27,236 nucleotides of DNA from Candidatus Zixiibacteriota bacterium (lineage in GTDB: Bacteria; Zixibacteria; MSB-5A5; UBA10806; 4484-95), in contig JAOZPT010000025.1 of NCBI GenBank assembly GCA_029932605.1, positions 6,937-34,172 of the forward strand. The letters are read 5' to 3'. The notes under the pieces are model-generated. The model did no database searches. It was not told the origin of the DNA and saw only the letters and a list, made by a program, of their open reading frames with translations. Position numbers and translations under genes: made by a program. Shown here in pieces: positions 15,953 to 24,111 of the stretch. The first letter of the stretch is position 1. Each line of letters begins with the position of its first letter.

Positions 15953-17341
15953 TCATTTTCTTTTATACGGCACCTGCGGTCGGGAGAAGTAATCATTAGT
16001 TATATTTTTTGTGATTTTAGAAAGGGCTAATATGGCAATGAGGTTGGGGATTGTCATCACGCCAAGTCCGATATCGCCGAATCCCCAGACCGCCTCCAGT
16101 TTGGCCACGGCTCCGATAAATAGCACAATACAATAGATATACCTATAGGGCATCACCGCACCATTGCCAAAAAGATACTGCACCGACCGGTCTCCATAAT
16201 ATGACCAGCTTATCATGGTTGAGGTGGCAAACAACAGCACTCCCGCGGTTATAATATATCGTCCATAGCTGCCCAGAAATGCAAGGCCATGTTGGAAAGC
16301 GTAGGCTGTCATCGGTGAACCGTTGAGTGGTTGTCCATCGACGGTGACTGTCCAGGCACCAGTGATGATAATACATAAACCAGTAATTGTGCAGATTAAT
16401 ATAGTATCGATATATGGTCCCATCATTGCCACGGCGCCCTCGCGGACGGGTTCTTTAGTTTTGGCAGCTGAGTGGGCGATGGCGGCCGAACCAAGACCAG
16501 CCTCGTTGGAAAATAGCCCACGTTTAACACCCCAGATAAGTGTATGCATAAAGAACGAACCGGCAAATCCGCCAACCATACCAGGGGGCGAGAAAGCATA
16601 CTTGAAGATCAGGTCAAACGTAGCTGGAATCTTGTCGGCATGTATAAGAAGTATTGTAAGACCCCCAACGACGTAAATTATAGTCATGGTTGGCGCCAGA
16701 ATTCTTGTTACCTGGCCAATTCGCTTGATGCCACCTATTATAACCATAGCCACCAGGGTTGAGAGGACCAGACCTGTAAACCATGTAGGGATGGTAAAAT
16801 CGGAGCGAAGCTGGTCGGCCACGGTAAAAGCCTGGATTGAGTTACCTATGCCAAATGAGCATACAGCCGCTCCTGCAGCAAAAATAACCGCCAGAGGTTT
16901 CCAGCCCAAACCTTTTTCAATGTAATACATTGGTCCACCCGAGGCTGAACCATCAGGGTTTATCCTGCGATACTTCATCGATAAAGTGCATTCAGTGAAT
17001 TTCAATGAGGTGCCGAATATACCAGTAACCCACATCCAGAACAATACACCGGGACCACCATAGTGAATCGCAGTAGCCACCCCAGCGATATTGCCGATTC
17101 CAATTGTTGCAGACAGGGCGGTGGAGAGCGCCTGGAAATGGGTGATATCACCCGCATCAGCAGGGTTGTCGTATAGGCCACGAGTGACATCAATTGCATG
17201 CTTGAGGCGCCTTATCTGAACCCAGCCCATACGAAACGTGATGAATATCCCCGTACCTACCAACAGTATAACCATAAGGGGCATTTGCGAGGGGAAATTC
17301 CAGACGATTTCAGCTAGGCTATCTATTAATGATTTAATCAT
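15953..17341 (-). CDS. Alanine/glycine:cation symporter (AGCS family)
   Basis: FQAL..ALSATIGIGNIAGVATAI..GGPG.LFWMW, GGPMYYI, GVKRGLFSNEAGLGS, DT..ICTIT; GGAGG SD. Confidence 0.95.
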   Translation of the reverse strand: MIKSLIDSLAEIVWNFPSQMPLMVILLVGTGIFITFRMGWVQIRRLKHAIDVTRGLYDNPADAGDITHFQALSTALSATIGIGNIAGVATAIHYGGPGVLFWMWVTGIFGTSLKFTECTLSMKYRRINPDGSASGGPMYYIEKGLGWKPLAVIFAAGAAVCSFGIGNSIQAFTVADQLRSDFTIPTWFTGLVLSTLVAMVIIGGIKRIGQVTRILAPTMTIIYVVGGLTILLIHADKIPATFDLIFKYAFSPPGMVGGFAGSFFMHTLIWGVKRGLFSNEAGLGSAAIAHSAAKTKEPVREGAVAMMGPYIDTILICTITGLCIIITGAWTVTVDGQPLNGSPMTAYAFQHGLAFLGSYGRYIITAGVLLFATSTMISWSYYGDRSVQYLFGNGAVMPYRYIYCIVLFIGAVAKLEAVWGFGDIGLGVMTIPNLIAILALSKITKNITNDYFSRPQVPYKRK

Positions 17342-17406
17342 CTCTATAAGACCTCCGGGGAACTAATGATTATCGTTCCTACAATAATTCCCATGAACAC
17401 TTTTTT

Positions 17407-17435
17407 ATTCTATTAAATATAGAAATTTATGGCAA
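17407..17435 (-). promoter_or_regulatory. Sigma70 promoter of the AGCS symporter gene
   Basis: Minus strand TTGCCA-N17-TAGAAT. Confidence 0.55.
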
Positions 17436-17603
17436 TAGAAATGTCAGGAACATAGGAAATTAAGTATGGTTATCGTGTAGTGAGTCAATGACATTGGGAT
17501 AATTTTAGAATACAATACAAAGGATTATTTTAAATTCATCATTACCCACCAGCTGAGTGGATTACATTTATCGCCTGTAAAATGACGTGCTAGCCCCTTG
17601 AAT

Positions 17604-18728
17604 TCAATCTGTTATTCTATTATACTCTACTTTCGTAATCTCCAGCTCATACCACGTAAAATCTCCCTCTTTTAATTTCCATGTCACCGTTGACCTGGTG
17701 GGAATCCTTACACCTTCGAATTCCCTATAACTGGTTTCGTCTATGGTTATAACCCAGGTCTCTAAGGTTGGGCCTGCCTTCCGGTTGTAATAACGCTGGG
17801 CTTCAAAACTTATAACATCACCGTCTGCATTAAATTTGAATATACCAGATGCTGTTATCCCGCCATAGCTCATGGTTGCCTTGGCAGTAATAGAATCTAT
17901 TTCTTGCCAGGTGATATAATTACTCAATGCAGCCGAGGGGAACCAAACGATCTCAGCTATATATCTTAACAAGGAACCTTGGTCTGTTTCTTTTCCCCTG
18001 GCATTAGCAACAGGGAAGAGCGAAAGCAGTTTAATAAGCATGTTCCCTTTGCCATCTTGATATTTGTCTCTTCCGATAAGGTGCACAAATGGTGCGACCT
18101 TAACATCGGCGACCCATATAAAGCTGGGTTTCTCAACGGTGAAGTATTGTTTAGCATCTACGGGCATCCAGTGGCCATCAAGTTTGGTTTTCATTTTGCC
18201 TTTCTGTTTCAGTATAACAGTTCGAACGATTTCTTTACCGATGATGTTGGATCGCTCAAACCATTTCTTCACGACTGGCGGAAGTTTTGCAATATCAACT
18301 GCGGTTAACACTTTTTTCTCTTGGCTGGTGCTTAGCAATAATGAATGAAGTTCGCTGTTTACCATTTTATTAAAGTTCCATGTTCCATAGGATAGAAAGC
18401 AGGTTAGAAGTATAATAATATTAACAAAGCTTCCAAATCTGGCATCTTGCCAGTAAATGATAATGAGGGTTTGAGAAAAAATAATTGCAACAGCAGCAAT
18501 CATCCACCACCATTCTTTTCTTACCAAATACATAGCAACAGAAGAAATGAAAAGTAAACCACCGATCAGCCAAAATAATCCCACCGTTTTAGATAACATG
18601 CCCGATAAAGGAATAAGTGTTTTTCCTGTTAGTTGTTTTATTTGAGCCAACTGCCATTCTTTCACAAAACCCAGCAGGTGGATTAATCCATGAACGAAGA
18701 TGATAAATGCGAGCATTAATCTGAACAT
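17604..18728 (-). CDS. DUF6544/DUF6920-like protein with N-terminal transmembrane helices
   Basis: HGLIHLLGF and WQDARFG TM region, then LPPVVKKW, QKGKM, AKQYF..PSFIW, GRDKY..GKG.M, RYIAEIVWFPSA; AAGGAGG SD. Confidence 0.7.
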   Translation of the reverse strand: MFRLMLAFIIFVHGLIHLLGFVKEWQLAQIKQLTGKTLIPLSGMLSKTVGLFWLIGGLLFISSVAMYLVRKEWWWMIAAVAIIFSQTLIIIYWQDARFGSFVNIIILLTCFLSYGTWNFNKMVNSELHSLLLSTSQEKKVLTAVDIAKLPPVVKKWFERSNIIGKEIVRTVILKQKGKMKTKLDGHWMPVDAKQYFTVEKPSFIWVADVKVAPFVHLIGRDKYQDGKGNMLIKLLSLFPVANARGKETDQGSLLRYIAEIVWFPSAALSNYITWQEIDSITAKATMSYGGITASGIFKFNADGDVISFEAQRYYNRKAGPTLETWVITIDETSYREFEGVRIPTRSTVTWKLKEGDFTWYELEITKVEYNRITD

Positions 18729-18810
18729 GATTTATTTCCCTCCTTTTTCGCTTTTTTATTTCCGCATATGCTATGATAGGCAATGTTTCTATCGTGACAA
18801 CGTATTTTTA

Positions 18811-19680
18811 TCATGCGGTTTTCCAGGCCGTCACTTCAATACTTGGTGATAGCGTTGGGTAAAAAATCCTAATCATAATAAAAAATGGTAAAAGGAGAGC
18901 ATCCACTAATTTTGTATATTTACTTCCTAAGACACCGTGTTCTTTTGAATTTGACTCGAGAAATCGCAGGAGGCTATTAATCTCGAGAGTCAAACTATCC
19001 CAGACGGGGATTCTTGTTTTTATTTTCCTGAATCCCGCTGTTTTCAACATTATACTTATAGACTGGGGAGAAAAAAACCTTATATGAGTTGGATCCTCTA
19101 AATTCCACCATTTATCCTTAAAAACAGTCAATCCTTTTGAAAGGCTATTTGGTGTGAGAAAATATAAAAAACCTTCCTTCTTGAGAGCATCATGACATTT
19201 CTTAAAAACCTCTACGGGGTTTTCAAGGTGCTCTATCACATGAATACCATATATCGAATCGAATTCATTTGTTGGTAATTGGCTATTCTCGATTTTTTCC
19301 CAATATAACGTGGCAGATTTTTCTAACGATTCGTCTATATGAACCCTTAGATTATCAGCATCAACTCCAGAAACTTTATATCCTTTTTTAAGAAACTTTG
19401 TTAATATTTTTCCGCTTCCAAAGCCAATCTCTAATAAATTCAACTGTATATTTTTAGGAAGTAGTCTATCAAGTCTTCTAATTGTTAGAAGGGCTCTTAT
19501 TTTGTCAAAAAATTCACTACCTCCCCAAGCGTGCTCTCGTGCCCGGGCTTTACAGCGTTCAAGTTCACGCATGACATGAAAACACCGAGGACACTTTAAC
19601 AGAGTGCAATTTGAACTTATATTCCATTCTAACATGAGATGACCACATGCCTCACATTTCTCTTGCTTATTAAATTGCAT
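18811..19680 (-). CDS. Class I SAM-dependent methyltransferase with N-terminal CxxC...CxxC zinc ribbon
   Basis: CEACG...CPRC, motif I LEIGFGSG, GVD, HVIEHLENP, G.LY..TPN, PTHIRFF; AGGAG SD. Confidence 0.88.
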   Translation of the reverse strand: MQFNKQEKCEACGHLMLEWNISSNCTLLKCPRCFHVMRELERCKARAREHAWGGSEFFDKIRALLTIRRLDRLLPKNIQLNLLEIGFGSGKILTKFLKKGYKVSGVDADNLRVHIDESLEKSATLYWEKIENSQLPTNEFDSIYGIHVIEHLENPVEVFKKCHDALKKEGFLYFLTPNSLSKGLTVFKDKWWNLEDPTHIRFFSPQSISIMLKTAGFRKIKTRIPVWDSLTLEINSLLRFLESNSKEHGVLGSKYTKLVDALLLPFFIMIRIFYPTLSPSIEVTAWKTA

Positions 19681-20049
19681 AGGATTCTCCTAATTATAAG
19701 ATTTGAAGTATTTCGTTTTGAAATGAAACATAAGATTTCGAGGCTAAAAGAAGTTATGAACAGAAAGCGGAAGATTTGGAGGTAATGATTAAATCTCTTT
19801 TCTTTTAGTCTCTGTCATCTGATTTTGGTGGCTTTTTTAAGCATCAACAGATGATTTCTTTTTTTCCCCAACTTAAAAAACCTTTCATCGATCTCATCGC
19901 TCAAATCATATAAGCTTTTTATTGTCCGCCTCTTAAAAAATTCAGATGGATGAGGGTTATGGTGCGATATCCAACCGATAAATAGTTATGACCTTGGCAA
20001 TATACCATTTCAAGTAAGGTTTGAATATTTTCACCATTATCTTGATTTA

Positions 20050-20391
20050 TCACTTCTCCAATTCTTCTAAAAATTCCACCGCCCGTCTCATGTGTGGTAT
20101 CATAATCGAACCACCGACAATCAAAGCTACGCTGAATACATCGAAGAATTCATCCTTTGTCAATCCATTTTCATGACATTTAATTATGTGGTATCTGATA
20201 CAATCATCACACCTGAGAACCATCGAGGTTGCCAACCCGAGCATTTCTTTGGTCTTTTTGGGTAGTACTCCATCCTTATAGGTTAGGGTATCAACCGCAT
20301 AAAACCTCTTGATGGCTTTGTTATCCGTTTGCAGGATCTTTTTATTCATCCGATCCCGGTAGCTGTTGAATTCATTTACTAATTTTCCCAT
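20050..20391 (-). CDS. Carboxymuconolactone decarboxylase / AhpD-like family protein
   Basis: KTKEMLGLATSMVLRCDDCIRYH (E...CxxC..H AhpD core), VGGSI.IPH; ATG at 20391 preceded by GAGGA. Confidence 0.88.
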   Translation of the reverse strand: MGKLVNEFNSYRDRMNKKILQTDNKAIKRFYAVDTLTYKDGVLPKKTKEMLGLATSMVLRCDDCIRYHIIKCHENGLTKDEFFDVFSVALIVGGSIMIPHMRRAVEFLEELEK

Positions 20392-20455
20392 ATTGTTCCT
20401 CACAATTTTTTTAATCAGTGGTTCAGTCTTTCAATTGCTTAGGTATAAAAAAATG

Positions 20456-22501
20456 CTAATCCTGCTTGAGATACTTCTCCAGCCAGTCAAGTTGGACCTG
20501 GTAAAAATATCTTATGTTCTGAAGTTTCCGTATGAAATGTCCCTCATCGGGGAAATATAAAAGCTGTGAGGGGACTCCCCTTGTCTGAAGGGCGGTGAAC
20601 ATCATCAACCCCTGACTGACATCAACGCGGTAATCATTCTGCCCGTGTATTACCAAAGTAGGGGTCTTGAAATTCTTGACGTATTCAGATGGCGAAGCTT
20701 GGCGGTATGTTTTTTCGTTCCGCCAAGGCGGACCACCAAACTCCCAGTTAGGAAACCAGAGCTCATCAGTCGAATAATATTCGCTTATCTGGTCAAACAC
20801 ACCTTCTACGCTGATAAGGCAAGCAAACCTATCGGTATGTCCGCATATCCAGTTGACCATGAAACCACCATATGAGCGTCCCAATGCTGCCATCTTGGTT
20901 GAATCGATGAAATTGTACTTATCAATAAGGTAATCTAAGCCCAGCATCAAATCCTGGTATGGTTTTCCTCCCCAGTCTCCAGTTACAGCGTCGGTGAAAG
21001 CCCGGCCATAGCCTTTACTGCCATGGGGGTCGATCTGAACGACGATATATCCCTGAGCGGCCACAAGCTGTGTATTCCAGCCGTAGTAATTGAAATCACT
21101 CAACCAGCACCACTGTGGACCGCCATGAATTAACAAAACCAGTGGATATTTTTTGAGAGAATCGAAATCAGGAGGCAATGTTAGTAGACCATGAATGCTG
21201 TCGTCAGCGGCACCTGTAAACCAGAAATCCTCGGCTGCTGATAGTGTTAGTTGTGAAAACAGGCTATCGCTAAAGAACGTAAGCCTTTTCTGTTTGTTGT
21301 TTTTATTATTATATTTATAAATTTCATAGGGCTGGATTGAGGTGGATTTCAAATAATACAGATAATTGCCATCGTTTGATATAACTATATTCCAGCAAAC
21401 AGCATCGTCAACTAATGTTTTAATTTTGCCATTTTTAATCGATAACCTGTAAATTTTACTTTTCCCTCTATCGATTGCCGTAAAATAGATATATTTTGAA
21501 TATGGTCCCCATATATATTGCCCTACCGACCTATCGAAATTTTTTGTAAGGTTGACGGTAGTATATTTGGCCCTATCGTAAAGCACCAGGTTTTGTTGGT
21601 CGGATTCGAACCCGGCCTGTGCCGTTGACTTATAAGCGATATATCTGCTATCCGGTGAATATTTTGGGTCCGTATCATTTCCGGGATTAGTGGTTATTCT
21701 TGATAAGTGCCCTTTCGGTAGGGAAATAGTAAATATATCATTATTGGTGCTGATGGCGATAACTGAATCGGTGTTCATTGTAAAACAGACCTCGCTGCCG
21801 TCGGTTGAAAAGCAATATTCCTGACCCCCTGCTAAGGCAATTGGAGGAACATCGTTATCAAACGGTGTAATGTCGGAAAGCTTTCCGGTCTGGCTATCGC
21901 AAATAAAAAGGTGATTTCTTTTACCGTTTTCCCAGCTTTGATAAAGACGAAACATAAGGTTATCGTAAAGCTTGGCTTTTATATTTGAACTCTCTATTTT
22001 CTGGGTGCGGTTTTTATTGCATTCATCATCGGGGCAGTCGGGAAAAACCGACGATTTAAACAGTATCATTTTGTTATCATGCGACCACACCGGAGAGCTT
22101 GCCCCGGTTGAGATATCCGTAAGCCGAACAGCCTCACCGCCATTAACTGAAATTAACCATATCTGAGCGGTGCTTTCACCGGTTTTTTCATCTGGTCGCT
22201 TGGAAATAAAGGCTATGGTTTTACTATCATGTGACCAGGCTGGTTGTGTATCATATTCACCGTTGGTAAATCTCCGGGGCATACCGCCCTTAGTTGATAT
22301 CATCCAGAGACTTGTGCGGGAACTGTTGTTATCTAAATCGTTCTCAGTAAGTTCAAATATAATCTTTTTGCCATTTGGTGAAAGAGCGATATTACCAATT
22401 TCTTTATACCTGTAAAGATCATCAAATGAGATATTTCTTTGTGATGAAACCAGTGCTGGAAATGCGAAAAATGATAAACAAATTAACAATAATTTCTTCA
22501 T
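20456..22501 (-). CDS. Exported S9 (prolyl oligopeptidase family) dipeptidyl/acylaminoacyl peptidase
   Basis: Signal peptide, PD40/beta-propeller repeats (SPNG, PAWSHDS, YSPDS), IHGGP, nucleophile GRSYGG, NDYRV (Asp), DEGH (His). Confidence 0.93.
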   Translation of the reverse strand: MKKLLLICLSFFAFPALVSSQRNISFDDLYRYKEIGNIALSPNGKKIIFELTENDLDNNSSRTSLWMISTKGGMPRRFTNGEYDTQPAWSHDSKTIAFISKRPDEKTGESTAQIWLISVNGGEAVRLTDISTGASSPVWSHDNKMILFKSSVFPDCPDDECNKNRTQKIESSNIKAKLYDNLMFRLYQSWENGKRNHLFICDSQTGKLSDITPFDNDVPPIALAGGQEYCFSTDGSEVCFTMNTDSVIAISTNNDIFTISLPKGHLSRITTNPGNDTDPKYSPDSRYIAYKSTAQAGFESDQQNLVLYDRAKYTTVNLTKNFDRSVGQYIWGPYSKYIYFTAIDRGKSKIYRLSIKNGKIKTLVDDAVCWNIVISNDGNYLYYLKSTSIQPYEIYKYNNKNNKQKRLTFFSDSLFSQLTLSAAEDFWFTGAADDSIHGLLTLPPDFDSLKKYPLVLLIHGGPQWCWLSDFNYYGWNTQLVAAQGYIVVQIDPHGSKGYGRAFTDAVTGDWGGKPYQDLMLGLDYLIDKYNFIDSTKMAALGRSYGGFMVNWICGHTDRFACLISVEGVFDQISEYYSTDELWFPNWEFGGPPWRNEKTYRQASPSEYVKNFKTPTLVIHGQNDYRVDVSQGLMMFTALQTRGVPSQLLYFPDEGHFIRKLQNIRYFYQVQLDWLEKYLKQD

Positions 22502-22534
22502 CGTTTAACCTCGCTCGGGTTTTTCATTTACAGG

Positions 22535-22563
22535 ATTATAAGCCTAACCTTATGTTATTTCAA
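22535..22563 (-). promoter_or_regulatory. Sigma70 promoter of the S9 peptidase gene
   Basis: Minus strand TTGAAA-N17-TATAAT. Confidence 0.7.
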
Positions 22564-22720
22564 ATGTAAAATATGAAAATTGTTATTCAGATAAATCAAA
22601 TCTTAAAAATTATGTTTACTATTTTCGTTGTTAATATTATTTTGGTTGTGTTGAGTTGCTAACGATATGTTAGATAAATGGTCATTGTAGACAGATTAAG
22701 TTTTATTTAAGTCGGTAATC

Positions 22721-23830
22721 TTGTTACAGATTGGCATAATAGGTCTGGGGCAATCAGGTAAGACCACTGTATTCAACGCTCTTTGTTTTGCCAATGCCAA
22801 AGTGGGCGATTTTTCATCTTCAAAAACACCCAATATTGCCGTAATTAAGGTACCAGATAAACGCTTAGACCGCTTGGCGGAAATATTTGCCTCGGGTAAA
22901 GTAACCTATCCTGAAATCGAGTTTATCGATATAGCCGGGATGTCATCCAGCAGACATGGTATCTCCGGGGCATCATCGGATAAATTTTTTAAGGAGGCCT
23001 CCTACGTACATGCTATTCGTATGGCGCAGGCGCTACTTATTGTGGTGCGTTGTTTTGAGGATGATAATATACCCCATCCTCTAGGTTCGGTTGACCCAGC
23101 TCGAGACATCATCGAACTTGAGTCAGAACTCATTATCTTGGATTTAATACAGATAGAGAAACGAATGGAGAAGTTAAAACATTTGCTCAAGGTTAGGCCA
23201 TCCTCCGAGTATAAAAGCGAGATGGTTTTGATGGAGCGGATGAAGGCTCATCTTGAGGAGGAAAAACCACTCCGTGAACTTGAGTTCTCCAAGGAGACCA
23301 AGAATTTCCTTGCCGGTTTTGGTTTTTTAAGCATAAAAAAAGCGCTTTATCTTTTAAATTTGGGCGAAAAACAGATTGCCCAAGCTGACCAACTTGAAAA
23401 AAGATATTTTCCCCAGATTTCTGATAATATGGCCATAGCCTCACTTTGTGGGAAAATCGAAATGGAGATAGCCGCTTTTGATGAAAGCGAGCGTGGAGAA
23501 TTTATTAAGGAGCTCGGTATTGACCAGCAGGCTTCTGTTAAGGTTATAAAGAAATCGTTTGAACTTCTGGGGCTTATAAGTTTTTTAACGGGTAACGAAA
23601 AGGAGGTTCATGCCTGGGCAATACCGAAAGGATTAACCGCACTTGAGGCCGCTGGTGAAGTCCACTCTGATATACAACGAGGTTTTATCAGGGCTGAGGT
23701 AATTGATTTTGAACAGCTTGATGCTGCCGGTGACTGGGCAACAGCTAAAAAACAGGGCAATGTTCGCCTTGAGGGCAAAGATTATATTGTTCGTGATGGT
23801 GATGTGATTTTATATCGATTTAATGTTTAG
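22721..23830 (+). CDS. ychF: Obg-family ribosome-binding ATPase YchF (divergent G1/G2)
   Basis: GLGQSGKTT P-loop, VPDKRL, DIAG, VVRCF, NLGE (NxxE), EVHAW, AAGEVHSDIQRGFIRAEV, LEGKDYIVRDGDVI.YRFNV; TTG start. Confidence 0.92.
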   Translation: MLQIGIIGLGQSGKTTVFNALCFANAKVGDFSSSKTPNIAVIKVPDKRLDRLAEIFASGKVTYPEIEFIDIAGMSSSRHGISGASSDKFFKEASYVHAIRMAQALLIVVRCFEDDNIPHPLGSVDPARDIIELESELIILDLIQIEKRMEKLKHLLKVRPSSEYKSEMVLMERMKAHLEEEKPLRELEFSKETKNFLAGFGFLSIKKALYLLNLGEKQIAQADQLEKRYFPQISDNMAIASLCGKIEMEIAAFDESERGEFIKELGIDQQASVKVIKKSFELLGLISFLTGNEKEVHAWAIPKGLTALEAAGEVHSDIQRGFIRAEVIDFEQLDAAGDWATAKKQGNVRLEGKDYIVRDGDVILYRFNV

Positions 23831-24042
23831 GTTTTGCAACTTTTACTTTTAATATCTTAAGTTCTCCGATAATGTTCTGATCCATGTGAACCATATTGAT
23901 GAAATTTCATTTTTGATGAGTAACGATTATTTTTCTTTACATTGATTGCTTTCAGTCGGGAGAAAACCATTTAAGCAATAGATTTTTAGCAAGCCCTGGT
24001 AATCTGGGTAGTTTTTACTACCTTGCTTGTGAAAAATGGTGC

Positions 24043-24070
24043 TTGACTATAAGTTTAAATTTTATATTAT
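24043..24070 (+). promoter_or_regulatory. Sigma70 promoter of the transketolase gene
   Basis: TTGACT-N16-TATTAT; GGAGG SD at 24103-24107. Confidence 0.55.
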
Positions 24071-24111
24071 ATCACGTTATGCAATTCGACTAATAAAAAC
24101 ACGGAGGAACG

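Noticed and set aside
17342..17603. Possible glycine riboswitch upstream of the AGCS symporter
   Set aside because: None of the conserved GGAGA / CCGAAG / CUCUCAGG elements is present, and the predicted 5' UTR is short.
23985..24015. Possible TPP riboswitch upstream of the ThDP enzyme (GGTAAT-like loop)
   Set aside because: No CUGAGA or CCUGA...AGCGUAGG core, and it lies upstream of the predicted promoter.
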